From Antedon mediterranea (taxonomy: Eukaryota > Animalia > Echinodermata): a stretch of DNA of 64,000 nt. Every line of letters starts with the position of its first letter. The stretch's first letter is position 1. Below are positions 12,237 to 27,200 of this stretch, piece after piece. The stretch spans positions 25,296,001 through 25,360,000 of the forward strand of contig NC_092674.1 in assembly GCF_964355755.1 (NCBI RefSeq). The letters run 5' to 3'. Position numbers and translations under genes: made by a program. The notes beneath the pieces are model-generated. The model did no database searches and was not told where the DNA came from. It saw only the letters and a program-made list of their open reading frames with translations.

Positions 12237-15200
12237 ATGTTGGCTAAATGTTTTCCAAACTGCATTCGCCTGTTTATAGGCCTAGCTTTCTCGTCATTGA
12301 CGTTTCAATCCGGGTCATCAGGTATGCTACATAGGGTTAGTTTTCTAGACCTAAAAACGTTTCCTCGTCGACCGTATCCTTTTCCTCTTATTTTGTTATT
12401 GTTCAGTCTTTTCACTTCTTATAACCGCTGTTTAAATTTCATTAAACTTGTTTTTCCCCTTTTAGATGTCTGTTTGAATGTGTTTTAAACATTATTTTTG
12501 GTTACTAAATTTTCCTATCTTTGTAATTGCAAAGAAACAGAGTTTCAATGTAGTGATCTAATTCACGTAAGCGATAGACTATATTTCACTGAATCGAGGG
12601 TGGTACTAGAAATAGGATAGAGGTACTGGAAAACAGCACAATAGCAGATACTGTATAAGTCGGTCATTTAGGCCTATAAACACGTACATACCAATTAAAA
12701 CACTACTTTCCTCTATGACTCACTGTGCAAACAATTAAGTGAAAATCTGTAACTTTTCGTACGCTGTGTGGTAAACATTGTGTTGGCGAGTAGACGTGCA
12801 GAACTTCCGCACACAAGCTCGCGTCTCACCCGTCATCACCAGTGTGTTCGCCACTCTGTGCGTCCTTGAGCAAGTACGTGTATAGGCCAACTTGTGAGTG
12901 GCGTACGAGCGAGAACAATATTTAAAGCGGGAGCTAATATAATATACGAAAATGTTTGCATAATCAGAATATTCGTTAGTTAGAAATATTCAAATATTCA
13001 AAGTAAAAAGTAACTTCACAGGACTACAAAGGTAATAATATCAAACTCGAGAAAATAGACCGTACCATCATTTACTCGCCGTTTTTACGAGATTAACCTA
13101 GTTGCAGTAAAGTGACTGAATGTAATAAAGTAACCATAACTTTTTTTTATAGATCCATTAGATATAACATGTTTTTCTGCCACACCACTGACGACATCTA
13201 ACACTAATAGTTGGTTTCGAGGATACGCACGTTACGGAGACATTCGAGAGTTATCCGTTTCAGTTTTAAACAAGAACATTGATGGGAAAGACAACGTGAC
13301 TTGGGATGATACTGGCCATTCAGTTGGGAATATAAAGCGTCAAGCGATAGATATGCCAGACGGTAAAGTATTTCACACAAATAGCAGAATTTTATACCGA
13401 GTAAGCGATGCTTTCAGGTATCTAGGTGTTGAAAGACTACAGCAGACTGAGAGAGTTGGTGTATTTTCATTTCAAGCAAAGAGAGACGAAGTAGTCGCAC
13501 ATTCAGCTATTGTATTGACATCCACTTCTGGTGAGTAATTCGGTAATGACTTTAAATATCTATAATAGAAGAGGGAAGTTTACGTTTGTTCATTAAACAA
13601 ATGTTTCCTTTTTTGCGTTGGTATTAGGCCTACAGTTGATATTTCAACAACACTTGAAACAGAAAAGAAAAAAATTACCAGTATAGGCCTACAAAATGAT
13701 ATTCTGAATCTTGAACGGTATTCAAGGAGTTTTTACAAATGTACAAACTTTCAACAATTAGTTGTCAATAGTCATGCAGATGATTAACAAAGAAAATAAG
13801 CTAGCATACATTACTGGTGATATGAACTTAGACATTAGCCAACACATGAGAGACAAAAACATCGAATCCCACCTTGACAATATCCAGTCCCAGTCCTTCA
13901 CTTTTCTTATTAATAAGCCCACAAGAATAACAGAAAACTCTGCTTCCATAATAGATAATATTCTCTACAATTCCCATCTAACAAATAACATAAACACTGG
14001 TATCATATATTCGGATATATCCGACCACCTTCCAATGTTCTGCATAAACACATCCGAAACTCACCATTATCATAACAACGTATACTGTTATAAACGCGAA
14101 AACAAACAGTATCAACATTGATCATTTTAAGCATGAACTTGCAAATCAACAATGGCAGGATGTCCTAGAATCAAATGACGCAAACAAAGCATATCAACAT
14201 TTTTCCACAACTCTGCAATCATTAGTTAATATATGCTTTCCAATAAAAAAGATAAAACTCAAAGCTAATAAACTTCAATCTCCTTGGATAACGGAATCAA
14301 TTGCTAAGTCAATTGTTACTAGAAACAAATTATATAGCAAATACAAACGTAGACCGACAAACATAAATAAATCTAAATATACAAACTATAGAAACGTACT
14401 TACCAATATTATTAGAAAACGAAAAAAGGAATACTATTTTAATAAATTTGAAAAAAATAAAAATAATATGAAGAAACGTGGAATGCCATTAATCAACTTT
14501 TAGGTAGGAAGAAAAAATCCAAACTGCCATCAAACCTAAAACATGTGACAGAGACATACACTAACCCAGAAACAAAATCCGATGCATTCAATTCTTACTT
14601 TATTAATATTGGGAAACAATTAGCTGACAAAATTAACCATGATAACAACCCTGCCATTGATCCAACGTCATATTTGACTGGTAACTACCTTAATTCTATG
14701 TATTTCAGACCCACAACAGAATACAAAATAATGACATACATTAATAAATTAGAAACAGATAAAACACCAGGTCACGATGATATCAGTGCTCACTATATCA
14801 AGTACAATTCCGTCTACCTTACAAAACCTATTTCACACTTAATAAACGTTTCACTCGCCACTGGCCGATTCCCTGATGAACTAAAATGTGCCAAAACTAT
14901 ACCTGTTTTTAAAAGTGGCGATAGGCAAAACCTTAATAATTATCGACCCATATCAATCTTACCATGTCTTTCTAAAATATATGAAAGAGTTGTCTACGAC
15001 CAAACCATTTCATACCTTAATAAATACAACATAATAAATCAATCTCAATATGGATTCCGACAAAAACATTCAACTGCACATGCTCTACTACACACACTAG
15101 AAAAAATAACATCAGCAATTGATAACAACTCATTCATTATAGGTGTTTTCCTAGATCTGTCGAAAGCTTTCGATACGATCGATCATAGAATTCTAATCAA

Positions 15201-18200
15201 TAAAATGGAATGCTATGGCATACGTGGTATTGTGTTAGACTGGTTCAGGAGTTACCTAAACCACAGAACTCAGTATGTTACTATTGAATCACACAAATCA
15301 ATAAAAAGAGAAGTAAAAGTTGGTGTTCCACAGGGATCTATAATTGGCCCATTGCTATTTTTGTTATTTATAAATGACATATTTTGTGTAAGCAAAGTTG
15401 TCGAACTTATCATATTCGCGGACGATACAAACATATTCCTCAAACATAATGACCCCATAGTTGCATGTAATATACTAAACTGCGAATTACAACGACTAAC
15501 CACTTGGTTTAGAGCTAACAAACTCTCAATTAATACAAATAAAACTAAATATATAATCTTTAGAGGGCGCCAGAATTTAACCGACTTCACAGACATGCAA
15601 CTATACGTAAATAACACCACACTCGAAGAGGTAACCCATATCAAATTCTTAGGAGTTACCTTAGACAAATTTTTGTCCTTCTGTACCCATATTGATGGCA
15701 TTGCAAACAAAGTTTCAAAGATAATAGGAATTCTGAATAAATTAAAGTATTTTTTACCATATATGACTCTATTGCAAATTTATAAATCTATAATCCTTCC
15801 CCATTTAACGTATGCAATAGTAGTATGGGGCTCCTTCGAACCAAGTAAATTAAACCGACTTCACATCCTCCAGAAAAAAGCACTACGAATTATATGCAAA
15901 GTCCACTATCAACATCCTTCCCAACCGCTATTTATACAAACCAACACATTAAATATATTTGATCTTTATGAAAAACATATGGCAATACTACTCTTCCAAT
16001 TTTATAATAAACAGCTCCCAATTACGTTTGACACTTACTTTCAAACAATTGAATCAACACATAATTATGATACCAGGAATAAAAAAAACTATACCACTGT
16101 ACTAAAGAGAACCAAAATAGGACAACAAAGTATATGCTATAGGGGTGCCAAGATATGGAATAGCCTTGAAAACTCAGTAAGAGAAATCAAGAGTATAGGA
16201 CTATTTAAAAAACAATTCATACTAATCTCCTCAAAAAATATTCTAATACCTAAAATCACATCGTATTAAGAACAAAAAATTTTTTATTATCGATTTCTTT
16301 TTTTCTTTTTTTTATGAATGATCTATTCTGGTCATATTTTTGAAATTGTTATTACATGTATAATAATATATATATATTTTTTTTTTATTCAACTGTCATT
16401 TATGATTATTGCTTATTGTCTCTATTGTTTACATATATATTTACTAATTGTTATTGTTTTTATTGTAATTTATTTATTTATTTAATTTTTCCAATTTTTA
16501 ATTCTTACATAGGACATCACATTTTAAAGCTTTGCTTATAGTGATGCCCGATTAAATCAATCAATATATAACTTTTGCTTAAAACCATGTTCAACTGTAG
16601 GCCGTTGCCAATATACAGTAATCTCTCTAAACAATGCTACTTTTAATACTTACAATATTATATGTTTTCATCTTTTCCATTGATTGTAAACCTCTAACTA
16701 AACTTTCCAGTATTTTATTATTCAACTTCTGTTTCCAATAATAGTCAATATAAACAATTAATTTTTATTTTTATCATTACTGTAACTAATCATTGTATAT
16801 ATTTTATAATTTATATTTATATTGGTCTTGTTTTTTTGTTTGTAAAAATCTACTGTAATATTATACCTTATTGTGGTTACCATTATAACAAATGTACGAT
16901 TGATTGAATAAAGTTCACATATAAAAAAAAAAATGTTACGGTGAATGTTTAGATAAGTTTATAACATTTAATATAGTGGCTAAAAATGAGTCTACATACA
17001 TCCCTTTTCCCACTTAAGTTATTTTTTTCATACAAATTACTATTGCTGCACGCATTTTCTCAGAGTGAGGGGGCTAAAGGGTAATAGGCGGTGTTGCTAG
17101 GGATAGTGGGGTATCAAAATGAATTGAAGCACCTCCGGGAAGGTTTTTATGTTGTGGAGTAAAACAAAAATTACCAGAATTGTACTGGGAATGTTATAAA
17201 CTACATTTAACAACCGTTGGGTTGTTTGGGTTTGGGTGGGTCGAACCAGAATTTGTATTAAGAATGTTTTATATTTTATTATATATTTTTTTAATAACCT
17301 GGTTGCTTGGTGTGTCGTAGGATAGGTGAGGGGTGCGTTGTGGATAGTTAGGCAACTATATAAAAAAAAATTGTTAAGTAACCCTGTTACATACAGGGTT
17401 TGCTAATACAGTCATTGTTACTACAGTATAAAGAACGATACCGTTAGTATTGGAGATGTCATATATCGATCCAAGTGAACGTGGTTGAGACATAACTACG
17501 GTAAGGAAATTTACATTTTATCCTTCCAGTATTGATACCAGTATGTATTTATTAATACTGCACAATTATATTACAGCCACTATTGTTATGGAGTACAGAA
17601 CGATAACCGTCGGTATTGGAGAATCTGTCACTATTAATCTTAGTGAAGGAAGTAATCTGGACGATTTACGTTGGAGATTTAATTATGGCGAAGAAATTGC
17701 CACTCTGGGGGGTAGTACGTCTACTGTGATTGATAACATACGGATGAAAGATGATGGCGTATATGAATGTTATACAGGAGATAGCCCAGATGGTAACCAT
17801 GGTATCATGAGACTTATTGTTAGAGGTAATTATAACCGTTTTCACAAAGTAATCATAATTTACGTACCTTCTTATCTTTCAATTATGTTAAAAGCATTCA
17901 TTATGATAAAACATACAGTAACTCCACATTCGTGTCAAACATTATAAAAAGAAAATCACATATAGACATTATGTGAAAGATCTTAATTGTAAAAGCAATG
18001 ATGTACCTATAAAGCACAATAGCAATATTTGAATTATTTATATTTGAACTAATTATATCACAATTTTTATTTCAATTTTATTTTTGTCATTTAGCTTGTC
18101 CGTTACCAAAATGGAATCCTCCAGATTGTGAAATGGATTGTCCCGTATGTTATAATGGAGGAATGTGTGACGATAATACGGGTGTCTGTATTTGCCCAGC

Positions 18201-21200
18201 AGGATTTAAAGGCACTGATTGTCTACAAAGTAATAACATATTTAATTATAAAATAAAATATAAGATAAATAATTATAAATAGCTTATTGTCGCTATTCTC
18301 TCAAAGCCTCATATCTCCACAAAACATAATTTTACTGGATTTTTTTTTGTTTGCTCTTGTAAATGTGTATGAATTAAAAAATCACAGATTCCAGTAAAAT
18401 GTAGAAAAATAATCAAAAGGTAAACACTATATAGTATTTAAGTTATTCTAAATTATTAAACATGATTTTGGTGACTTTTTCTAGGAATTTTGATGTACCA
18501 TATACCTTATAATTGTGAGCATCAACAAATATGTGTGTTCTAAAATATAATGGGTACTCGATTTTAGGAGAAAAATGAGATATCATCATAACATAATTTA
18601 TGTTTTAATGCATTTTAAGCGTGATTCGATTACGTCCAACAAATTCAATGTGTATTTACTCATTTTCCGTTAGGCGGATTATAGTTCCTCTATGCCCGTA
18701 AATTTATGAAAATAGATTTCTTTGTGGATATGTATTTCTGTTGTTTCCTTTTTTAAATGTGTCTTTAGATCAAACCATGACTTCAAAGTCTTTTAACAGG
18801 TTGTGGTCATAATCGGTGGGGTCGTGAATGCACCAGTTCATGTAGTAGAAGTGGATATTGCGATGAATTTCTATTCTGTCCACCGGATCCATTTGGATGT
18901 GCATGCAGCAATGGTTTTGGAGGAAACGATTGTAAAACAGGTTTGTTGTCAAAAAGCCACCTAATCAGTTTTTACTTTAGGTTGGGGTTATCTTACCTTT
19001 ATCTGATTCCTTTCAATTCTCGGACATTTTGACAATCGTTATAACATTTCAGCTTTAATGTGCTAGAGCAAGTTTCTTTGCTCTATTAATTATATTTTTT
19101 ACCTTACTGCTTGTGCATTTTACTTTGTGAAGTTAAAATAACTTGAATTGAATTCTTGTTTAGGCATGCTTGAAAATATGAAAAAAAAAGTATATCTGAT
19201 ATATGGTATTTGGAAATTACAAAAATAGACCTAATTTTTATTGATATTATAATTATTGATTAGTGAAAACTGACGTATTCCGTAAATCAACAGATGTAAC
19301 TTCTCCCTAGCAGTTGTCATCCCTGAAACTGTACTGAACGTCAAGCATTACGTATCTGACGTATCTGTTCTTCAGATTTAGATTTTTAGAATCGTACAGA
19401 AGAACTAACCGGACATCTCCGGAAAAGAAATTACAAGAAGGAATACAGCGAAGCAACTACCGGTATAAAGAAAAGATATTCCTCGCTGTACAAACCACGT
19501 CAGTCAAATTCGACAATCACCTTAGGTTGCCTCCATTACGGCTATTATTGAGAAACATATGCCCATTCTACAGTCCACAAAACGTCTCAGGACTCAGTTC
19601 CCCACCTTCGTGATATATTAGTAAGATCTAAATTGACTCTCACGAAAGCCCGAATTTGGGCTGTCAATTTTGCGGCAAATACTGAAAAATTTAAGAGTAA
19701 CCAAACTGGCGACCGCAGACAATACATTTTGTCTAAAAAAAACGTCATTTATCTTAATTAATGTAAAATTTGTGGAAAACAGTACGTCAGAGAAACCAAA
19801 AACACTCCATATGAGAATAACACAACACAAATCATCTATCAAAACATTAAAGATTGATCAACCTGTAGCCGAATGTTTTAATTCAGCTGGTTACTCGATT
19901 GCAAATTTCAATAGAGACTACGATGTCAAATGGAGACAAAAATAAAACCACTGAGAATTACTACTTAAAACCAAAACCCCTATTTGGACATTTGAACATA
20001 CTCCCAGATCGGTAAAATTATTCCATTGACTATTCCTAGAATTTAAGTTTCAATATTAACCACTATTTGAGTTGTTTTTTAGTTCCATTCTTAAATTCAA
20101 TTCAATTCAAAAGACATTATATTTACGTCCAAAAGACAATTTCTGTTAATTTTTCTGGCTGTTTTACTTTATAGTTTTGCCTTAGCCTTTTGCTTATTTT
20201 ATTTTCTATCTACATTGATATCCAGCCACTGATACCCACAGCATTGTCAATTTTTTTCAGTAATTTGTCTTTGTATTTATAATATCCTTATTAGTGTTAT
20301 AGACTACACAGTAGTTTAGGTATAATATTTCATTATGAGAATAAAATCAATTTTCAGTGTCTTCATAAAATCAAAAAGTGTCTTGAACCTATTATGTTTT
20401 TAAGCATGTGAAGATTTATACTACGGAGCAGATTGTCGGCAAAAATGTAACTGTGCTAATGAAAACTGTAAGCAACTCGATACAAGCGATCCCACTAAAG
20501 ACATAGGATGTAGTGCCGGGTCACAATGTTCACCTGGTTACACTGGAGACAAATGTCTAGGTACGGTAATTATTAATATATTATTATATTTTCCATAAAA
20601 CCTATAACATTTCGATTTGACTGAAATTAAAAGTTCCCATCCATGACTCTGTAATCTAGTGGGCGTGGTGCTATCACTGTTGGACCGAATTGGTAAAAAG
20701 CCAGGCTATTGTATGTAGCTTAGGCCTGGCCTATATCCTTAACTTTCTGAATAAAAGGCTTTCCAGCAATAAGACCCACGCAATAACCTCAGCATTAAAT
20801 CCTTTATTTAAAATTACCACTGAAAATTGATAATTAACAATCATTTTATGATAATTAATGTATAATTATTTAGTAAACTAGATGGTACGCTCGCTTCGCT
20901 CGCGTACCATCTAGGTCGTGCCCACAGATGGTTCTCGAATACACAGTAATTTCAGCGTAACAAAACTGCTTTTTTTTAATGTACGTACTGCAGGATGATA
21001 ATAGTTATTATTGTTTACAGAAACGAATAAATAGACACGATGATTTATGTATTAAACTGAAATTAGCACACTGGGAATTACTTCCGAAAGAGAAACTTGT
21101 CACAAAATGAGTCCAAATTTGTTATTTGGACTCATTTAAACAAACCCAATTTGTGTTTTGTGTGTAACATTAGGGTTGAGGGATGGGGAAGAGGATATGG

Positions 21201-24200
21201 GTACAAAGAAGAACAATGTTTTAATATTCTTTATCTACTCAGTAACAAAATATGTTTTTCATGTTTGATAGGCCTATACCACTTGATACAGTAACACATT
21301 TGCGATTTAATACTTTGTTAAAACTGTTCACTGTTATAGTCCATTGAAATAGCATGTACATGTAACGATACACGTACCACTACAACGTTTATATTCTTTG
21401 TAATTATTAATTAATACAAACGTTGAGAAGCAACTGTCAGTACTACAGTTTATTTGTATATTGTACGTTCTATATAACAGTAGGGCCTACACTCACAGTA
21501 ATACGTTTATTTGTACATGATTGTGTTATAACAGTCTAACAGTACCCACACTCACAGTAAATTCAATGGCGACCACAAATGTTAATACGTATTTACAGTA
21601 ATGTCTAAGTATTGCAATACTATATATATATATATATAGGTTTTAGGTTAATTCCCCAAGGGCCAATAAATTTACCTACAGCTGGTGGTACTTGTGTTAA
21701 AGCAAAGAGTTATTATTGGAATGTTCCATTCATCGGAAATCAATACATTTGTATAAATGTATATTAAATGTAACAAAATAGTATGTTTTTAAAAAAATAG
21801 GTTTGTCTTCAACATTATGATGCTGTACTCGAGCTGTTCAACTGGTTTTCATCCATTAAAAACAATTATCGTAGGAGGAGATAGGAAAATGCGAAGCATC
21901 CTCGTATTATTGTATGCGGGTATTTTTCAAGATAGACATGCATTGGACAGTGTATACCACGATCGGAAAACACCCCTATTTGGGGCAAATCGTTGAACCT
22001 AAATTTCGTCAATAACTAATTATCGAACTCCATTTAATTAGTAAACAGGGTTACATCAGGTGGTTAAAATCAGTATCGAAAGTACGAACCAACTTTATAT
22101 ACCATCGAGTAAACATTCTGAAGTAAGGCGCGATTTACCGAATTTTGCCCTTACGTAAATTTATATATAGAAGATACAAGTAAGATGCCATTAGTACACC
22201 CCCCCCCCCCACCCCCAGAAAATCATCGCGAGATTATTCTCTGCCATGATTTTGGTCAACTTTTTCATTGTTATGACTTTATAGCCTACGTCCACTCGTT
22301 CTCAGTCAGAGAGCAAACGGAAAAATTCCACACATGAACAAGTTCTCAATCAAATGTGACATATCACAATGACGTCATAGGGTATCAATAGAAATATTGG
22401 ATGTACAAATCTAATGATGATGGAAGTATTCACTTTATTGTTTTTAAACATATGATATATGTGATAGTATGATACTTCGGATATAAAATATGAATGTAGG
22501 CCCCTATTGACCACTGTTAGTATAAAAATAAAATTACTATCTTTCAGGGGAGAAACATAATTATCTCTAATATATTTCATTGCTGACATGTTAATATGAA
22601 AAAATAAGCCCTCTAAGCTTGGTAATTTGCAAAATATTTCATTTTACACTGATTTAACTTTTACTTTACACAATAATTTAATTTACTTTTGATTGGTGAC
22701 GTATTATATTACTGTGTCTGTGTACAGAGCCTGTGTCATGTCCTTCTGGATTCTTTGGTGTGTTGTGTACCTTTCCATGTCACTGCAAAGACACTGACGA
22801 TTGTAATCGAGATGGAAGTTGTCCTAATGGATGTCACGAGGCTTGGGCTGGAACAAACTGCAGCATAGGTAATGAGACACATATAGGATTCGTTATAAAG
22901 TATCTCTATGATATGATGAATGTAAGCCTGAATGAAAATTGGAGCGAAAAAAAGTGTGTTATTATTAATGTTATGAGGCTACTAGGACGATAACGATTGA
23001 CGATAAATACAGTACAGTTTTTCTACAGCAAAGAAAAGTTTTCATTTCAAAACCATAGGTAGTAACCATATTTAATAATAAAAATAATATTTACGTTTAT
23101 AAGTAAAATAAAGTAATATACGATAGCAGAGAATTGACCACATCTATTTGTTAAAATATGCCTGGTGCTTTTCTTTTCTTTAATCATTAGCATTACCGTA
23201 CCGCTCTGAACCGCCAACTGTTGTAAACCAGACAACAACTACTCTAACGTTTGACGTCACTTGGATTCTTGGTGAAGACTATGGAACAGGCACAATTACA
23301 AAACGGAAGCTTTTGTATAAATTATCGCAAATGGATTCATTTACATTAATAACCGAAGAACCAGATAATAATTTAATAATTATCGATAATCTCATTCCAA
23401 ATACAGAATATCAATTCTATTCTCAATTTTCGAGGATGGTTGATGGTATTGAGGTTGATGGACCAGCAAGTGCCATTGGATCAACAAAAACCATATGTAC
23501 AAGTAAGTTATTCTACAAGAATTGTTAAAATCATTTAAGTAAACTACACATACTGACGCGGATCACAAGAACAATTAGAAATTTCAGGAAAATATTATTT
23601 ATTTAATAAAGTAAAAATTATAAATTGGCATATGAATTCCACCGATTCTTTTGGTACAACGTCACACATTCTACCACATTTTACACCAGTGCCATGGGAA
23701 CAATGTCAAAAGTGAGACGGTACTCTAATGTTTAACGAAGATTATTTTTACCCATCAAGATTGTTGGCCAATTGATTGATACTGGACTATTTAAAATAAT
23801 ACTCAATTTGTCTAAATAAGAGAGAAAATCCGAAATTGTATAAGAACAATACAGAACCCTAAAGCATATTTCCTGGATTGCTTCGTAAATTTGTTGTCCT
23901 AATATTGTTTCCTTTTTTCTCAGTATTATTCAAGTTTTATTATTTATATTTTATCTTATATAGAGCCATTGGATGATCCTGAGATTGAATTGAAAACCAT
24001 TGATGACAATCAGGCCACATTGAGTTTAAAGGTATTTCAAAATATCTAGATTTATTCTATATTGCAATAAACTGGGAGAGTCGTTTCTATGTTTTATAGA
24101 AATGTTTTGTTATAGCGGTTTAAATGCATTATTTTAAATCAATACAATGGCCCTTTGCCCGTTCTACCTTAAATATTATATTTTGTTATATATTATTCTT

Positions 24201-27200
24201 AGTCGGTTTCTGGTTATGATCGAATCCAATGTAACTCTATTATTCAATATCAAGTGCGATATTTGGACATAGATGGAAATATACATGGTATAATCAACAC
24301 AACAAGTTCTCAATTAGAAGTTGAACTATCAGGATTATCAAGTTGTACTGCTTATGTTGCCAACGCTCGAGTTGTTAATAATCTTGAGATAGCTGGTGAT
24401 TGGGGACCGGACACAACGATACAAACAGCACCGTCAGGTACCGTAACTAAAATAACACAATTGTATTTATTTATTTATTTAACAACATACAGGATTACAC
24501 AATCAGGTAAAAGAACACCAGATTTGCATTGTGAAACGTAAATGCAAAATAAATCAAGGGAAATGTTTAGTTTTGTGGTAAAAAGATGAGATTGATAATA
24601 TCTAGCTTTGAATGAAGAAGAATTGTTAGGTAATATTTAATTTAAGTTGGTATGTTATTCCACATTTTACCGCCTCCAACTTTGAATGACGAGTTCATTT
24701 TATTAGTATTATTCATATAATCCAAAAGAAAACTTAAACTAAATTAACCCTACAACCTGTACACAAACATTTTATCACTATAGAAAATAGAAATACTCTA
24801 TGAAAAGCTTATGCATATAAAATACTTCCATCCATAATCAATTTTAGAGTCAGAATGCACAACGTAGATTGGCATTTTGAAACAAGAAGTATGAATAGGC
24901 CTATTATAGTGTACACTCATTAAAAAGTTTGAAATATAAAAATATTTTATTATGGTGTAAAAATGTATAAAAGTTAAATTAAATGTTAAAAGATAAAGTA
25001 AACTTATATAAGAAACATTAATTGTGATTTTCTACCTATTGTAGAGCCATCGATAGAAAGTAATCCATTCAAAAATGGAACACATTTACAGATGAAATGG
25101 GAAGATTCTACGTGTGACAACCAAGATTATCAGGTGACCTACCATTATAAACTGTCAGATGACGAAGTATTTCAGCAAGGAATAACAACAGAAACTGAAG
25201 TTGTTTTTCACGAAGGAATCGAGTCATGTAAAGAATATATATTCACAGTATTGGCGTCATATTTGAATGTTACTGGGACACCTGACGCAATGCAAATTAT
25301 GGTTGAATCCGGTTGTGACAACCCTGGCAACTCGGACCAGAAGGAGGGAGAAGGTTTCCAAAATACTACAATTTTTCTTTTTTTTTTTCATTTGGTATCT
25401 ACAGTGTATAAGTTCTTAAAAGAAAACTAGATATCTTATCTCAATGTAGATAACATAGTGTGATTGCTTAAAGAAAAGCTTGGTGTTTCTATATTCTACT
25501 ATTAACAAAAACAAACAAATGTTGAGGTAAAAATGTAAAACAATTAATTTTAGGCCCAAATCATTCATAGATATTAGCAAAACTCGTGCGGTGGTCAGTA
25601 CATTCCTGCAATATAATACATTGCTGCATAGTCTATGTCTATATTTCCCTGATCTAGCTGTCATGTCGACAAACTTTCAGATTATATTTTATTTGGTTAT
25701 ACCCCTATATTTAAAAAATTACTATTACTATCATGGATATAGGCCGGAATAAGTTGTTTAATAAAAGTATCCGCATTACTTCTATTATTATTATCATTAT
25801 TATATAATAATAAATGGAATCTGTATCTGTAATTTCAGAATCTGGATCACCAATAGATGTGATAATTGGCTGCCTGGTTCCTGCATTGTTGGTACTCGTT
25901 CTTGTGCTGATATTAATTAAACGGTATATATATATAATGTTATTATAATTGGCATTATGTTGTTATTAATATCTAATAATATACCTTTGTTCCAATTATT
26001 TTAATTGTATTAGCCTTTTTCTTACGACCTCAAAATCAGTCACAACAATTAGCATCTCTTTCAATTTTTTGTAACATTTAGACGTAGAAGCTATAAAGGT
26101 AAGCCTATTGGTTTATCAAGCCATGCCGTGTCCATCGGTGGTGTATCTCGTAAAACAAAACAAGAGCAAGATATTGGAGGTAAGTTACTGATTGTGGGAA
26201 GGGAGATATGAGTGAAGTAGGATTAACGAGTAGTACAGTAATCGTGTGTAGGTCAAAGATGATTTTGCGATATGAGTGATCTACAGTAGTGACTACTCTT
26301 TCTTTATAGAGAACTTACTTTTAAAATGTTATATTTATACATATGATTTTATTTACTCATAATATGATCTCCTTTACGTATAAAGACAGTGCTTATGATG
26401 AAGTAAGGGGTGCCTATGATAACGTGAGGGGTGCCAGAAACTCTTCAAAGAAACCAGTACACATTGAAGCTGATGCCGAACATGAAAATGATTATCAACC
26501 TGAAATTGACCAGGAACCCGTCTATGGCAACACACAATTGGAAAATCAAGAATACAAACCAATCGAGTTATCCAAACTGCATGACTATGTGATGAAGCGT
26601 CAAATAAGTATTGAAAGTGGCTTTGAGAAAGAGTTTGAGGTGCGTTAAAATGCATTTTATTGGTATTTACACTCTACAATAATTAATATTAATAATGTCC
26701 AGTTTAAAACAAAATGCTTTTCAAACTGCTTCAATAATTACATTGACACAGGTATAATATATTGTTAGTGCCTGTATTAAATCCAGGATTCTGATTTTCA
26801 AACTACGTAACAACAAATAAAGCGAATGCTTTCCCATTTCTTTTCTTCTCATCATGCGTCGCACATTCAAGCCTTTTATCGCTCTCCGATAAACCATTAC
26901 TTTAACCATGAACACTTACCCCGTCGCGGTTTAATCAAACTTATTTCTATTTATACATCTAAAGGATCTTGGCAACAAGCCCTTATTCCCCAGCACAGTC
27001 GCAAAGTCATCAATAAATAGGAAGAAAAATCGATATGCGAACGTAATTCCATGTAAGTTAAAAATGTAATAATTTTTCTGTATCATAATTCATAGTCATG
27101 TCTTTCTAAAAAGTGTAATTTATTATACTTTTTGCTAGCTAAAAAAAGTAAAATGAAGCAATATGTACATTTATCAGCTGAACGTTAATTGCCTAATTAA

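Noticed and set aside
15270-15710. 146-aa antisense ORF
   Set aside because: Opposite strand of the LINE reverse transcriptase; no independent evidence.
20650-20795. Possible solo LTR (TG...CA with AATAAA)
   Set aside because: No target-site duplication and no second copy in the window.
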